Shown one piece after another: positions 15,115 to 27,729 of a stretch of DNA of 64,000 nt. Position numbers and translations under genes: made by a program. Source of the stretch: Thalia democratica (lineage: Eukaryota). The notes beneath the pieces are model-generated. The model ran no database searches. It saw only the letters and a program-made list of their open reading frames with translations, and was not told the origin of the DNA. Numbering within the stretch: the first letter of the stretch is position 1; each line of letters opens with the position of its first letter. The DNA lies in assembly GCA_965202585.1 (NCBI GenBank), contig OZ241829.1, forward strand, positions 73,594,001 to 73,658,000. The letters run 5' to 3'.

Positions 15115-15974
15115 AACTTTTCATGGACTTCCGGTTTCGTAGTTAACTTTTTAAATGAAGTAGAAGATGGCAGAAGAACAAAAAAAATCGCCCTCAGCTA
15201 AATACACGTTTCTGAAACAGGTTGAACAAGTGATTCAATACAAGACGGAGGTTAATAAAACTTGATTTTTTTTTTTAAATTAAGACATTTACTGAGTTTC
15301 ATCGCTAAACGAACACATAAAATGTAATTAATATCCAACTAAATTTAAGAGAATTAACAAAAAACTGTTCACAAAGTATTCTTGCGCATCTGCCACAACA
15401 TTTAAGTGGTTTTTCCTGTTGTTTTGTTAAAGCAAATAAGTATAGTTTTACTTTATTTTTTAAAAAATATCCATTTTAAAAGCAAAAATATGTAACTTAA
15501 ACAAACATGACATGTTCACCTTAAAAAACCAAGTTGATAAAATAAAAAAAACAACGACAACATTTTATTTTGTTACTAAACTTCTTATAGGACTAATAAT
15601 TTATAAATTTTATGACTAAGAAGCGAGTAGTGTGTAAAAAAATAAAGTACTTTAAGTTTTTTTTTGGTTATGACGTCATGATTACAGTATGGATAGAATA
15701 TATTTTGATAACTATAGTATATGTAGTTGGTAAAAGCAAGTATCTGAAACATCATATAATTTAAGTGAGTCGTTGCAAATGAAAGCTAGGTTGAACTACT
15801 TCTGTTTTTAGGTGTAATGTCATAGTTAAGGAGTAGATTTATTTGTATTTGTTTCACCTATATTACTCTGAAGTAATTTTAAAGACATATACGAGTTTTA
15901 ATAACAATAAAGCAAGTAGTTTTAACACAAAATTATTTGAATTTATGTCGAGTGCAGCTCCAAATGTTCAGCAT

Positions 15975-16193
15975 TAACCGCCGAAGCTTGAAGCTGAACG
16001 AGTTTGGTAAAGCCGTACGAGACGAATCTAAAAATTAAAAATTAATTATTTAGAGGAAAAGTTTATTAGTGTAAATACATCGTCCAGCAGCTTCAAACTG
16101 TTTCATAATGTTAACGGGAGCTGTCGTGTTTCTACTGTCGTGACGTCACGTTTTACGGCTTGTTTTTATGACGCGCGTTTGTAAATTTGAGAG
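15975..16193 (+). promoter_or_regulatory. Duplicated 3' part of the 14.8-kb cassette
   Basis: Close copy of about 14900-15150. Degenerate hairpin 16011-16027, TGACGTCA 16141, TGACGC 16169, TTGAGAG 16187. Confidence 0.5.
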
Positions 16194-16831
16194 AATTTTC
16201 TCTGGACCACAGGTTTCGTAGTTAACTTTTCAATTTTAATTTAATTTCAGCTTCAGTTGTAAATGGTTTGCATGTAAATATAAACTGATTTATGACTTTT
16301 AAGGAGAAATGTACCAAAAAAAAGCTTATTAAAATTATTTTTGGGGTGCACCGATTTTGTTTTTTGCAGCTTGGTGTAAACAGAACTTGATTAGCTTGAC
16401 GACCACTGGTATATACTATAAGTAGTTAATAAAAGCAAGTATACGAAACATCATAAAAATCAAGCGAGTCGCTGCAAATGAAAGCTATGTCGAACTGTTT
16501 CGGTTTTTAGATGTGACATAATAATAATCGAATTAATTAATTTTAAACTGATTCACTTTTATTACTCTTAAGTAATTTCAAAGTCATATACAAGATTTCA
16601 TAACAATGAAGCAAGTAGTTTTAAAACAAACTTATTTAAACTTATGTCTAGTGCAGCTCCAAATGTTTTCTTTAATACGGTATCAACAAAAACATCGGCG
16701 AAAGTGTGCAGAGCACATGCCTGGTTTTTCATTTGTTGTGAGACAAGCTAAAGTTAAACAAAGGGTTGATCATGGCAATTCGATCATCAGATCACAAGTA
16801 TTTCGTTTGTGACTGACTGGTGAGTCTAATC

Positions 16832-19800
16832 CAGGGGTCGGCAGGCAGTTGGTGGTCGCGGGCCAAATTTCAATTTTACAAAGTCTTCGCGGGCCGCAGT
16901 TTTAGTTTTAGTGACATTTGAATAATCTTTTGGTTTTAGTTTTATTCACACTAGAGAAAAGTTTTACTTTAATTCACCTTATCATTTTAAATAACTTTTA
17001 GCTATACATAGATTGACTATTTAAATTAAATTAAATAAAATTAGAATAAAATTTACATTGACTAATATACTTAAGTGTTTATAAACTATGTACTTTCATA
17101 AGCACTTACTAAGTTAAATTTAATACTTTTGTATTTTTACATACAATTTAACTCTCTATAAAAACCAAACTTGAAAGACAATTTATTGGTTACTTTTATA
17201 TATTTGTTATATTATCAACCCCTTTTTTCATATTTCTAAGAATATTAACTTCAAAAAAAAAGTTTTTGCGTGTTAAATAGTTTACATTCATTAGAAAATT
17301 TAGTAATTAGTTATTTCAATAAAATTAATACCTGTTTGTATTCCAGAAAGCTAGAACAAATTCTTTAAAATAATTAATTCTCGAATACTTAAATAAAATA
17401 TCTTATTAGTAACTAGTCTTTTACATGGTTGTCACTTAAAAAGCTAAAATGTCTGAGTTGTATCAAACCAGCCTAAGTTCATTAAAAGTTTAAAAAGCTA
17501 GTAAATCGTTGTAAATCAAGCTTAAGTACCTAGTAAAAAATATCATCATCATTAAAAAGTACACAAAGTGTAAAAAAAAAAGAAAAAACTACAATTAGTA
17601 AACTACACTACAGTCATAAAAACTATTCTGGGAATTCTAAGATTTATTTAAAGTGCTTGAAATAAAAGTTTCACACACATCTGAGTTTTCAAGCTTTTAA
17701 AGTAGCCTGTTTGTGTAGCAACCCAGTTAAAATAAAGTTCACAACATAAAGAAATAACAAAACTTATTAACAGTAAACAAGTTACTTGCCAAAAAAATAT
17801 AAGTCAGCTGGAATAGACAATTGACTTTCTTAAATATTTTTAACAAAAGTATAAAACTTAATTGAGTCATTAGCGAAGAGAAAAACCTCTTTTTTATTAA
17901 GCATTACAGCAGTTCTTTATCTGCAATAAGAATTTAAAAATATTAGTTGTAAAATAAAAGACGAAAACAAAAAAAAAAAACGTTAGTTAGGAGTTATTGC
18001 GAGAATCGATAAAAAAACAAATCACCAAAGTCAGTTCCAACAAAGCACATGATTATCTTCAGCAACTACAGAATTATCAGAAAAAAGTTGTTAAGGCAAG
18101 TTATAAAGTAGCAAAATTTATTATTAATAATGAGATACCGTTTATAATTGAAAACTTTTTCAAAGAACTTTTGTGGGCAGTAATGAGAAACTTTTGTTTA
18201 TTTCTTCAATGACAACAAAAAGTCCTATTTAGAAAATGCATTAAGGTTATAAAGTCGCATAAATCAAATTATGACTTTAATCAATATGTTAAGATGAGAG
18301 CACTGATAGAAAAACTATTGCTCATCTGAGAATTTTCATTAGAGTTGTTTTTTTAACTTTGACACTTTAGCATAATTTCTTGGTTTAGTTCAAACACGAA
18401 GCACAACAATCGGTGAAATTTTACAAGTAAAGGTGCAATGCACCAAAAGTTTTTAGAAGTAAAATTCCTTCTTTTATTTTTAGTATAAAGTTAAATTAAA
18501 GTTTAAAAAGTGTCTTATAAAGTATATCAATATTAAAAACACTGTTAAGCTACTTTAGTATATTTTTTAATAAAGAAATGTTTATTTGCTAAATTTTTTG
18601 TGTCAATTCGAAATTTCACTACTTTACATGTAAAAATTGTTTGAAACTCCAGGCTTTTTCAAAAATTCTCAAATTTCAAGTTTTTTTCCAAAATTTTTAA
18701 GCATAAATTTTCAAGTTCAAAGCTTGAACTTGATATATTATAACATATATTATAACTGAAACTAACACTTTGGGTTGAGCAAAACTTACATCATAAGTTT
18801 AATTTGCCACTCTTTTAAGCAAAAAAGCCAGCCTGAATTAACAAAAACACTCCTGATATTTTTGTATACAAAAAACAATTCTAGCCAAAAACTTTTAAAA
18901 TGCCTTAGTTGGCCTGATATTTGAAGTCTTCAAATAGTGATAGTCTGAGTGTGTGTCAATGTTTATAAACTATCCCTAAGTCTAGTTTATATTAAATAGA
19001 TAGCTCCAAATAACAGCAAATGTGTGTATTGATATGCAAAGCATAAAAGTTAACTTAGTTTGACAAAATCAATATTTGAAAAATGAAAATGTATACCTAA
19101 CAAAAACTATATTAGTTTATGTCATATATATTGTATTAATTGTGTCTGTACAAATTTAGATATTACATGTAGAAAAAATAAACGTAGAAAATTGTGCATA
19201 AACTAAACTTAAACTAACTAAAGTATTTTATAAAAAGTGGTTTAAAATATGAGCAATTTTTTAAGTTGGTGTGCATATAAATTAGTTGAAGTGCAAAGAA
19301 AACTTCTAAAAAATTAAAATGTGTCAAAACAAAACTTAAATAAACCTTTTTTTCTTATTACTATACACTAAAACATAACATTTACAAATAAAAAATATAT
19401 AAAAGAAACTTAGGTATAAAAAATATTGGAAAGAATATCTAAGCTATAAATAAATGACACTTTAGTGAATTACTGTGCATTACTTTTGTACAAAATGGGA
19501 GACATTTGCATTTAGTTTATTTGATAAATAGGTATAATATAACTAACTTATTAAAATCAAGCACTCTTTTTTTAGATTATTACTTGCTGTTGTAAAATAG
19601 AAGTTATTATGAAACTCAGAAAAATATTCTGTTAGAATGCTAATCTGTCTTTTTCACATTTTTAAATTAAAGTAGTAACTTCTTCTAATTATTTTTAAAT
19701 GTTATACAGAGACTTAAAACCAAACTAAACGAATTAAATCGAATTACTGAAAAAAATTTTACTTGAAATATATTTTTGCTCAGCGGGCCACTTTTACATG

Positions 19801-19925
19801 CTCGCGGGCCACAAAATTTTCTTTCGCGGGCCGCATTCCGTTCAAAAAAATAACGTGCTCGCGGGCCGCAGATTTACCCTTCGCGGGCCGCAATTGGCCC
19901 GCGGGCCGCAATTTGCCGACCCCTG
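16832..19925 (+). mobile_element. Decayed hAT transposon, Buster/Spin (Charlie-like) group
   Basis: TIRs CAGGGGTCGGCA / TGCCGACCCCTG, subterminal CGCGGGCC repeats at both ends, internal transposase remnants. The flanking 8-mers differ (GTCTAATC vs TTCTAGAA). Confidence 0.9.
17997..18310 (+). pseudogene. Fragmented hAT transposase
   Basis: ORF remnant KASYKVAKF...PF..E.FFKE resembles the ASY.VA...KPF..GE..KE block of Spin/GTF2IRD2-type transposases. GAT GAG AGC ACT GAT (DESTD, first catalytic Asp motif) at 18293-18307. Many stops and frameshifts. Confidence 0.75.
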
Positions 19926-20104
19926 TTCTAGAATACTAAAATATACTGAATTTATCACGGTAGAGGTTGTTTTACACAATGAAAAACAAAACATTAACAC
20001 AAAGATTTTGGGCCGGAGAACTAATTAAAAAGATAACTGTAAAACGAGGTACTGAGACGGAGCATAAATGCACTGGGCGACAACTTTACGTGGATTTCTT
20101 TTTA

Positions 20105-20310
20105 TTAGGTTTCAATTTTGCACGGGTGTCAATTTTGACGTGAAGTCACTTTTGTACGACGTCACATCTTTACGGTTTTCATTTTGCATTAAGCATCTTG
20201 TCTAGAAATTCTCTTGAAAAACTTTTTACGAAATTTAAGAAGCAAAATTTACATGGTGCAAAAGTAACCACTTGACAAAACTGAATACACGTGAAAATGT
20301 GACCTTTCGC
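20105..20310. mobile_element. Small foldback-like remnant (TTTTGCAC / GTGCAAAA modules), also carried in U2-U4
   Basis: Left-hand TTTTGCACGGGTGTC modules face right-hand GTGCAAAAGTAAC modules. Copies at about 29865-30070, 39190-39510 and 55385-55590. Confidence 0.5.
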
Positions 20311-20527
20311 TGTTTAAGTATCTTCAAAAAGGGCATAAATAAAAGTAGCTTGGGATTCCTTATATAGATCACGGTTATACAAATGTTCTTAAGTTCAGTT
20401 GGTTAGACTGAATTTAGATTAAAACATCATAAGTATTAATGAGCTTAATTAATCAAAGACAAAGTTGAGCAACAAAAAGTTATTTCTGGTAACTTACACT
20501 ATATGTATTGTAGATATGAAAACTTAC

Positions 20528-20607
20528 TTGGAGTACTTGCTGAGTTCGCGATTTCAAAGAGAGGCCGTGGCTCGTTTTTCTTTCTCAAAAATAGCATCTC
20601 CGTTAAG
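20528..20607 (-). other. Exon-like segment, family E (80 nt)
   Basis: Minus strand: TTTTTTTTTTACAG| ... ACTCCAA|GTAAGT. Short ORF MLFLRKKNEPRPLFEIANSASTP runs into the donor. Confidence 0.5.
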
Positions 20608-21589
20608 CTGTAAAAAAAAAATTGAATATTTATCTAAATTAAGTTTTAATCATATTATAAATGAGATTTGCGTATTTTGCTTTATAAATAGTTTAGCATT
20701 GCCGTTTAAACCTACACTTAAAGTTATGATTTTTTATTTTTATGAGTTGACTATCGAAGCTACTTTTCAGGTTTTTTATAAAAAAAATTAAAAATAACAT
20801 AATATTATTGTATTATCTTACTAAATATTTAGTTTTGTTTATCTAAAAAGTCTGCACAAGAATGGAGTGAAAATTAAAGAGCTACTAAACGATCAACCTT
20901 AAGTACAATTTGTTGATTTAAGAGGTTCACTCAGAGAAGTAAATTTTGTAAGAGTGTAAGCTGTTGTTGGTTTTATTTTAAAACGATCAACTCTTATCGT
21001 TAACAATTGAAACTTTCAGACTTGAGTTTCATAATAGTTATCAACTTTGGAATATTAAGAACAAATTGTAATTCAAGCTGAAGTATTGTGACGTCAGAAA
21101 AAATTCTAAGGTTACAAAGTTGATAATTAATTAAACGATGTTAGTCTAAAGTTTATGGATATCAACTAATATATAAAAACTTAAGTATTGTTGTTTGACG
21201 TTAAATCAAATACACTGAAGTATTCAAAATGCCATTTTTTTCGAAAATAAAAATGAGAACGGATATTACAACTGTAGATAAATGTCTAAAACGATAACAT
21301 TTGACTTTAAAAAAGGGTTTTGTTTAGAATTAAAAAACATGTGAAACTGAAAAAAAAAAACAATTTTATTGTTGCCAAGGCTCAACTAGTTATATAATAT
21401 GTTTTTTATTTATATGCGTACTCGATGAAAATTTATTGCAACTTTGTCAACATAAAGATGATATAAAATAAGATAGTAAAGCGTGTAAAAGTCGAAGTTA
21501 ACTATGTTTCTGTCAACACTGCGTATTGAAGCTTAAATAACAATGCGTCTTGACAGCATTGATGCAACAAAAGAAAACCGCGCAACGGA

Positions 21590-21845
21590 AACCTGCCTGC
21601 GACCTCACAAGCTGATTTTAGGAGGTGAAGATTCAGACATTGAAAGTTTTGAGAACATTTTAGTCGTGTTCGAGACGACTTTGAAATTGTGCATAGACTT
21701 CAGTAATTGCACTTACTAGGCCTGATAATTTGAACCAAATTTAATTTTATTTGAGTGAAATTGTGAGTTTATTTTAAGTTGAGAGTATTTTACATCATTA
21801 AACATAATTGACAAAGTTAGTAAAGCGTAAAAACTTTAGAGAGTG
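21590..21845 (+). promoter_or_regulatory. Cassette variant with AGTCGT-gttcgag-ACGACT hairpin
   Basis: Hairpin 21662-21680, minus-strand GTAAGT at 21711-21716, degenerate second module GCGTAAAAACTTTAGAGAG near 21826. Confidence 0.5.
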
Positions 21846-23737
21846 CCTTTTAATGATTTTATGATTTGAAAAAGTTATTTATTACAAAAGTGAACTGTTA
21901 GTTAGCGCTAGATGATAGTCAAAACAAAATAACAATTAAAATGCCGTTCAAAATAGTCACTAACCATTAAAAACTGGTAATATGATAGACAAAAAACACT
22001 CAAGGATGGTTTAAAATTTGTTTTAAAGTATATATATTTTTAATTACTATCTTTTCATCTAGTAGCACGTGTCCAAAAGAAAATTATCGGCAACGTTGAA
22101 GCAAAAAATGAAAATTATATTGCAAACGTATAAACAGTGTTAATCTTGGCTCAAAAGTAGCAACAAATGAATCATTTGGATTAGAAATCAATAGTCGAAT
22201 TGTAAGTCGTCAGGCATGTTTGCTCGTAAACTTCAACAGTTAATTAAGTGTTCCCATGTTGTTTATGGTTTGTTGCGTCTATGTATGCAGTAACTTGCTA
22301 TAAAAAATGTTGAACTTTTCAAAGTAAAAAAATAATCTTCTACCTACGATGCCTCCGTCATACCCTTAGATTTGTATGAAAAGAAAAATCACCTACAAGA
22401 AAAATGTGTGAATGATGATTTGTCAGTGATGAGGAATGTTTAAACGTACTATTCTTACTACCTTGCACTTCACCGTCACTCAGCACTCGCTTTGCTGTTT
22501 CAGTTATGCTCTGGAAATAGGTGGTGAGCGATTCCAGAAGTATCAAGATTGTTTGTAAACGTAGCCGAAATCGGTCGGTTTAAGGACGTTAAAAGCTTAA
22601 ATAATAGCAGTACCGAGTTAGATAAGCCAATGATCGCGACAAACGGGGATTTTGATAAAGAATAAAGTTGAAAATAAAAGAATACAACAAAATAAGAACT
22701 TGATGCAGTGGAAGAAATTAGAAACAAGGTGAAATTAATTTTCATGTGTATTTTTTATTTCATGTGTATTTTTTATTCGTTAATGTTATTTAAGCCATCA
22801 CTGTGCTTAAAATTATTTGTAAAAAAATATATAAAAAAGTTTATTATTTGCTTTGTATACACATACTCGATTTCAGCGGAAAAAGTGCTTATAATTTTAA
22901 GCAATATTCGTTGAGAGCTCTCAGAAAATAACCTTTACCAAAAACTCTGAAGAAACTTGATTTTTTTAGTATACCAACTTATTACCTTAAGTTTGTACCA
23001 ATAATAACTGAGAAAAAACATTATTAAAAATTTGTAAAGTTTAGTAAAAATACTAACAGTGTAGAGTTAATTTTATACCGGTTAAGTTATTTGAGAAAAA
23101 TAAATTTTTCACTTATAATAAATACATGTTTAACAACCGTACATTCTAGATAGCTTTGCAGTTGTTATTGTTGCACACAGAAAACTAAATTTAGATGACT
23201 TGAAATCCATAAAAACTTTGCAAAACATTGCTTAAGTCCAACTTCAAAAAAAAAAAGGTTGTACTCTAAATTGTCAAGAAGTCAAAATGTTATTTCTGAA
23301 CAAATTCAAGACTTATTTTTGTTTTGAAAGAGAACCAAAATACTTAAGTTGGTTCATATTAACACTTTTTGCTTAAAGAAATTGATCCCCGTTAATAACA
23401 AATACGTGTTTACAATGAAGTTAAGAAGAACAAAATATTAATGTTAAAACATCAGTAATAAACAAAGAGGAAGAAGTAAAACAAAAGGCCTATTCAAAAC
23501 TAGTGTGAAAAGTTTAGTAAACAGCAAGCTATTGTCAGTAACAAGTGCTCAAGATATAGTTTCAATAAAAGTTCTTTCGAAAAAGCTTTGAGACAGTAAC
23601 AAATAGAAAAATTTATAGGTACACCCAAAACATACAGTACACAGATCATAGTTTCTCACAACATTTCACAGCATTAAAATTAATTAACTTTAGTTTTTAT
23701 TAAGGTAAATTATATAAAGGTAAAAATATACTTATTA

Positions 23738-24016
23738 CTTTTTAGAAAAAAAAATTACTGAGTTTCACCGCAGAGCGGATTTTCAAATTGCAGATCTGTA
23801 GTAAAATAATAATGGTAAAAATTTATAAGTGGTAAACCTTTAAAGGTTGTTCAGCGTCAATATAATTATTATTTTACAATTTCTTTTATTTTTTTTTTAA
23901 TTATTTCTTAACAGTTTTTAATAATTTGTCATTTTTACCATTATTATTTTAATACAGATCTACAATTTGAAAATCCACTCTGCGGTAAAACTTCGTCGTT
24001 GTTATTTCTCAAAAAA
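23738..24016. mobile_element. MITE with ~63-bp near-perfect inverted arms
   Basis: 23760-23822 is the reverse complement of 23931-23993 with few mismatches. Paralog at 42990-43306. Confidence 0.75.
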
Positions 24017-24097
24017 GAAATTAATTAGCGATCTTCCTTGTTGATAAAAATAAAACAATAAATATTAAAGAAAGTTGCATTAGTATAGAGCTTAAGA

Positions 24098-24291
24098 AAG
24101 ATGGCGACTTTGTCTAAGCGTAAATGTGTGATATTAAACTTTGGAAGCGAAGCCTCGTTTAGTGACGTCACACAACTTCAGCTTAAAGAAGTTTTGTTGC
24201 GTCACAAACAGCTTTTACTTCGACTGCCTAAGCGAAGCTTGAGACTGAATCAGCAAGTTTCTTAAAGCCGTACAAGACGACTGTAAAAATT
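24098..24291 (+). promoter_or_regulatory. YY1-like/CRE/hairpin cassette (first half)
   Basis: AAGATGGCG 24098, TGACGTCA 24163, TGCGTCA 24198, hairpin 24266-24282, then GTAAAAATT. Confidence 0.55.
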
Positions 24292-25365
24292 AGGATTCAA
24301 GTGTGAAGAATGACCAGTAGCAGCTAATTTTGTACAGTTTTTTATTTATTATTTTAATAACTTTGAATTCTACTTGTGTTATATAAACGTGAGTTTAAAT
24401 AAACGTAGTATAAACTTTTTTTTATTTAGAAAAAGTTACTCAACTTTAACAATAAGTACAGTGATAAATATTTTTTACCGACCTTGATGTAGTATTTGTA
24501 CAAATTTCTTTAAATTCTACACGGTAAAACTTTTCAACACATGTATAATATGTGATATTGTTAATTATTATTATTAGAGTTTATTATGCCTTGATAGACT
24601 CGGCCATTAAAACCTGAGCCGCTTAAAAATTAAAGAAGAAAAAAATATTAACAACGCTTTAGTTATTTTAAAACTATTAAATTTAGTTAAGTAGCCTTTT
24701 TAATGGCAATTATAGACTAAATTTGTTTTTTTTTTGAAAAAAATTGCAATATTTATAACTAACCAAAACGTTCATAGCTTTGTTGTTAAATCCGAACTGA
24801 CGTGACCACTTCGTTTGCGACTGACTAAGCTGTAAAAAATATATTTTAATAATTTAATTTTAAAATCTGTTTTAATAATTCTGTTTAATGTATTTTAGAT
24901 TTAAACAGATGTACCGAAGAAAAATTATTCTGATAGTAATTAAACAAATGGTAGGTAATTTTTCACAGTTGTTGAACCATATGTATATGAATAAAATTGC
25001 ATAAAACACTTCTTCTATTGTAATTTATAATTTAAATCGGTTTAAACAATACTTATATCGAAATAAAAACTCAAGTAACGGTGTTTAAACATTAAGAACC
25101 ATATTTTATTGAAATATCGTAGAAAATTTTATTGAAAAACTTGATTTGAAAAATAATTAAAATTTTTTTTTTTTGTTATAAAAGTTCAATGCTTTAAAGA
25201 TTATAAACTTGATAAATATTCAATTTCGAGTTTTCAAAAGTTTACTTGATATTTGCCAGTTTTTATTAACAACTTAAGCTTTTTTTATAGTATCATTTAA
25301 CATTCAATTAATACCAACAATAATAAAAAAACAGATCAATACTTAAACGTAGTTCAAGCGTAACA

Positions 25366-25696
25366 AAGATGGCGACTGTGTTTTAGCGTAAACTAATTTG
25401 TGTTTTTCAGCTTCATACTGCTGCTTCAGCTTTGAAAGCAAAAGCCGTTTGTGACGTCACAAACCGCTTTTGCCTCCAAGCATTCGAAGCGCTGAACCTT
25501 CAGAGTTGATTAAGACATTTAAACCGCACAATGCGGTTGTAAAAATTAAATAGTGCTTACAAACGCAGATTGTTCAAGACAAAGAGCATGCGGTGCAGTT
25601 TGGATCTGATTAGTATTGTAAAAGCGGGCGCTCGTGTGTTATGAACTGTGACGTCACGATTAACTAGTTTTAGTAAATGATGTAAGAATATGAGAA
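25366..25696 (+). promoter_or_regulatory. Full CRE/hairpin cassette
   Basis: AAGATGGCG 25366, TGACGTCA 25452, hairpin AACCGC-acaat-GCGGTT 25522-25538, TGACGTCA 25649, TGAGAA 25691. Confidence 0.55.
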
Positions 25697-25730
25697 AGGT
25701 TTTACTGTGTTCGATTATCGGTTTGCTTTC

Positions 25731-26851
25731 TTGTGCACGAGCGTCACTATGCACGGCACTCTTTTGCACGAAGGGTCATTTTTGCACCGAGGGTCACTTT
25801 TGCACACAGAGTCACTTGTGGACGGCGTCAACTCTGAACAGCGACATTTTTTACAATGACATTTTTTCACGTAAGCATTGTTCACAACGATACTTGTGCA
25901 GAACGTCACATTTATACGGTGATTTTTTTGCAAAGCGAAATTTTGGCACGATGACTTTACTGCTCTTTTTATTTTCACGCAATTTTAGAAAATAAACTTT
26001 CCACACAACTAAAAAATAACCATTAAGTAAAAATCTGAAACTTCTTACACTTCATAAATTAACTAAACTCTTTTTCTTTAGTTTAACATTTGTTAAACGT
26101 AAAGTTAATTAAAGCATTTGTTAAACAACTATTAAAATTAATTTTAAGATCAAGAAAATATAAGTAAAAAATCGGTCTCAAAATTCGTGTTTTAAAGTCC
26201 AACTAACTTATATTTATATTTCTGTTTAAAACTAACGAAATTCAGTTTATTTTTTTTAAGGCATTCAAAATGGTTTTAATTTAATAGTAAAAAAACTGTA
26301 CTTATCTATTATATTTTAATTAAGATTATAAATATGAATTAAATGAATCGTAGTACGTTATTACATTGGTCTATGTATAATTTTAAATAAAAACTTTCCA
26401 TTAAAAACCATCACATTTTATTCATTTAAAAAAACTTGCGTTTAAAAGCGAATTTTATTTAAGTTGCCAAAATAGAAGTATATTTAATCTATTTTAGTTT
26501 TTATTAAAGAAAATAAAGATTAGAAGCGTGCAAAAGTGAAGCTCCGTTCAAAGTTGACCTATTGAATAAAATTTTTGCAGTTCGTAAGTATATCCGTGAA
26601 AATATAACGCTGTGCAAAAGATACGCTTTGCAAAAATATCGCAAACGTAACGTCGTGCCAAGTTTAGACGTGTAAAAATTTTGTCGTGCAAAAATGACCC
26701 TGTGTGCAAAAGAGTCGCCGTGCAAAAATGTCCTTACGTGCCAAAGTGATTCCGTGCGAAAGTGACGCCGTGCAAAAGTGTTCCCTCGTGCTAAATAAAC
26801 GTTCGTGCAAAAGAGTCGCCTTGCAAAAGTGTCCCCTCGTGCAAAAGTGAC
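25731..26851. mobile_element. Foldback-type element with modular inverted arms
   Basis: The left arm is built of ~16-18-bp GTCACTTTTGCACG modules and the right arm (about 26640-26851) of the reverse-complement CGTGCAAAAGTGAC modules. AT-rich spacer; TSD not identified. Confidence 0.6.
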
Positions 26852-27230
26852 AACAACCCATATATAGTATGCCATAAGGTGCTAATATCACTGTTTTAAT
26901 GAAATTCGAGGATACTGGCATTTTTGTCTGTCGAAACAATTATAGTTAAGATAACATATTTTCGCTTGATACATTAAGTTTAAAAACAACTATCGAAATT
27001 GTTTTACAACGATGTACAAGACAACAAAAGTATTCATTTGCCTACAAATGATCATCTGTTATTGGAAAATTTTGAAATAACGTAGCATAATTTGTATATG
27101 TTGCAATTCTAGTTGTCAGTTGTGTAATATGTGTACACTACTGACATAGAACTGTTTCATTGTACTTCAACATCACTAAAACAGCCTGAAGATGTAATGA
27201 AGCTAACTTTTTACCGCAGTGATTCTAGAC

Positions 27231-27490
27231 CAGGGTTTTCCAAGTCATTTTTCAAAAGGCCCCTTTAAAGAAATAAAAAAAGCTATGGCCCTATCTAATA
27301 TATAATAGAATAACAGATTTACTCAAAAAACTACCATTAAAAATACCTAAAACCGTTTTTTTTTTGTTTTTCATCATCTGTTCCAGAATATCTAGTTAAA
27401 GTTTCAAATTATGACCTTATGTCCCCTGTGGTTCATTTACTGCTTATATAGTCCCTAAAGGGCCCAACTTGGATAATTTTTGAAACCCTT
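27231..27490. mobile_element. hAT (Buster/Charlie-like) MITE, 260 bp
   Basis: Ends CAGGGTTTTC / TGAAACCCTT. Perfect 8-bp TSD TTCTAGAC (27223-27230, 27491-27498), matching the NTCTAGAN target preference of this group. Confidence 0.85.
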
Positions 27491-27586
27491 TTCTAGACCT
27501 ACTAAGTGTTTGTGCACAGTAAGTTTAGATATGTTAGTAAAATTCTCATGTCTTTAGAAAAAGAGGATTACGAAAAAGAGCTATTA

Positions 27587-27729
27587 TGACGTCAGAAGCA
27601 ACACAAAAATTTCTTATGACGTCATAATTCACTTTAGCTTCACAAGCCGAATCTCAAAGCGAAATCACAAACAGGATTTGAAGTCAGAGACACAACCATT
27701 TCAAATTATTTTAAATGATTGTAAAAATT
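27587..27729 (+). promoter_or_regulatory. Paired CRE + hairpin cassette at unit start
   Basis: TGACGTCA 27587 and 27617, hairpin AATTATT-tta-AATGATT 27704-27720, then GTAAAAATT. Confidence 0.55.

Larger units (their letters stand above)
19926..27580. repeat. Tandem array unit U1 (left-truncated at the hAT end)
   Basis: 19926-24060 is colinear by eye with 29690-33775, 39030-43330 and 55200-57720. Confidence 0.8.

Noticed and set aside
16340-16415. hAT right end (...GACGACCACTG|GTATATAC)
   Set aside because: No matching left TIR or TSD found; at most a fragment, so not called as an element.
20522-20540. U1 snRNA 5' end (ACTTAC...)
   Set aside because: The following sequence has no U1 stem-loops or Sm site; better explained as a minus-strand GTAAGT donor.
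21662-21680. tRNA T-arm / Pol III B-box (GTTCGA loop)
   Set aside because: No A-box, no cloverleaf, and no GG..CC B-box flanks; homologous hairpins have unrelated loops.
25690-26939. ORFs of 87-123 aa (also 34477-34773, 39198-39422, 63103-63357, 19798-20028)
   Set aside because: Their periodic HFC/TFAR/CHS/AGR peptides are translations of non-coding transposon repeat modules.
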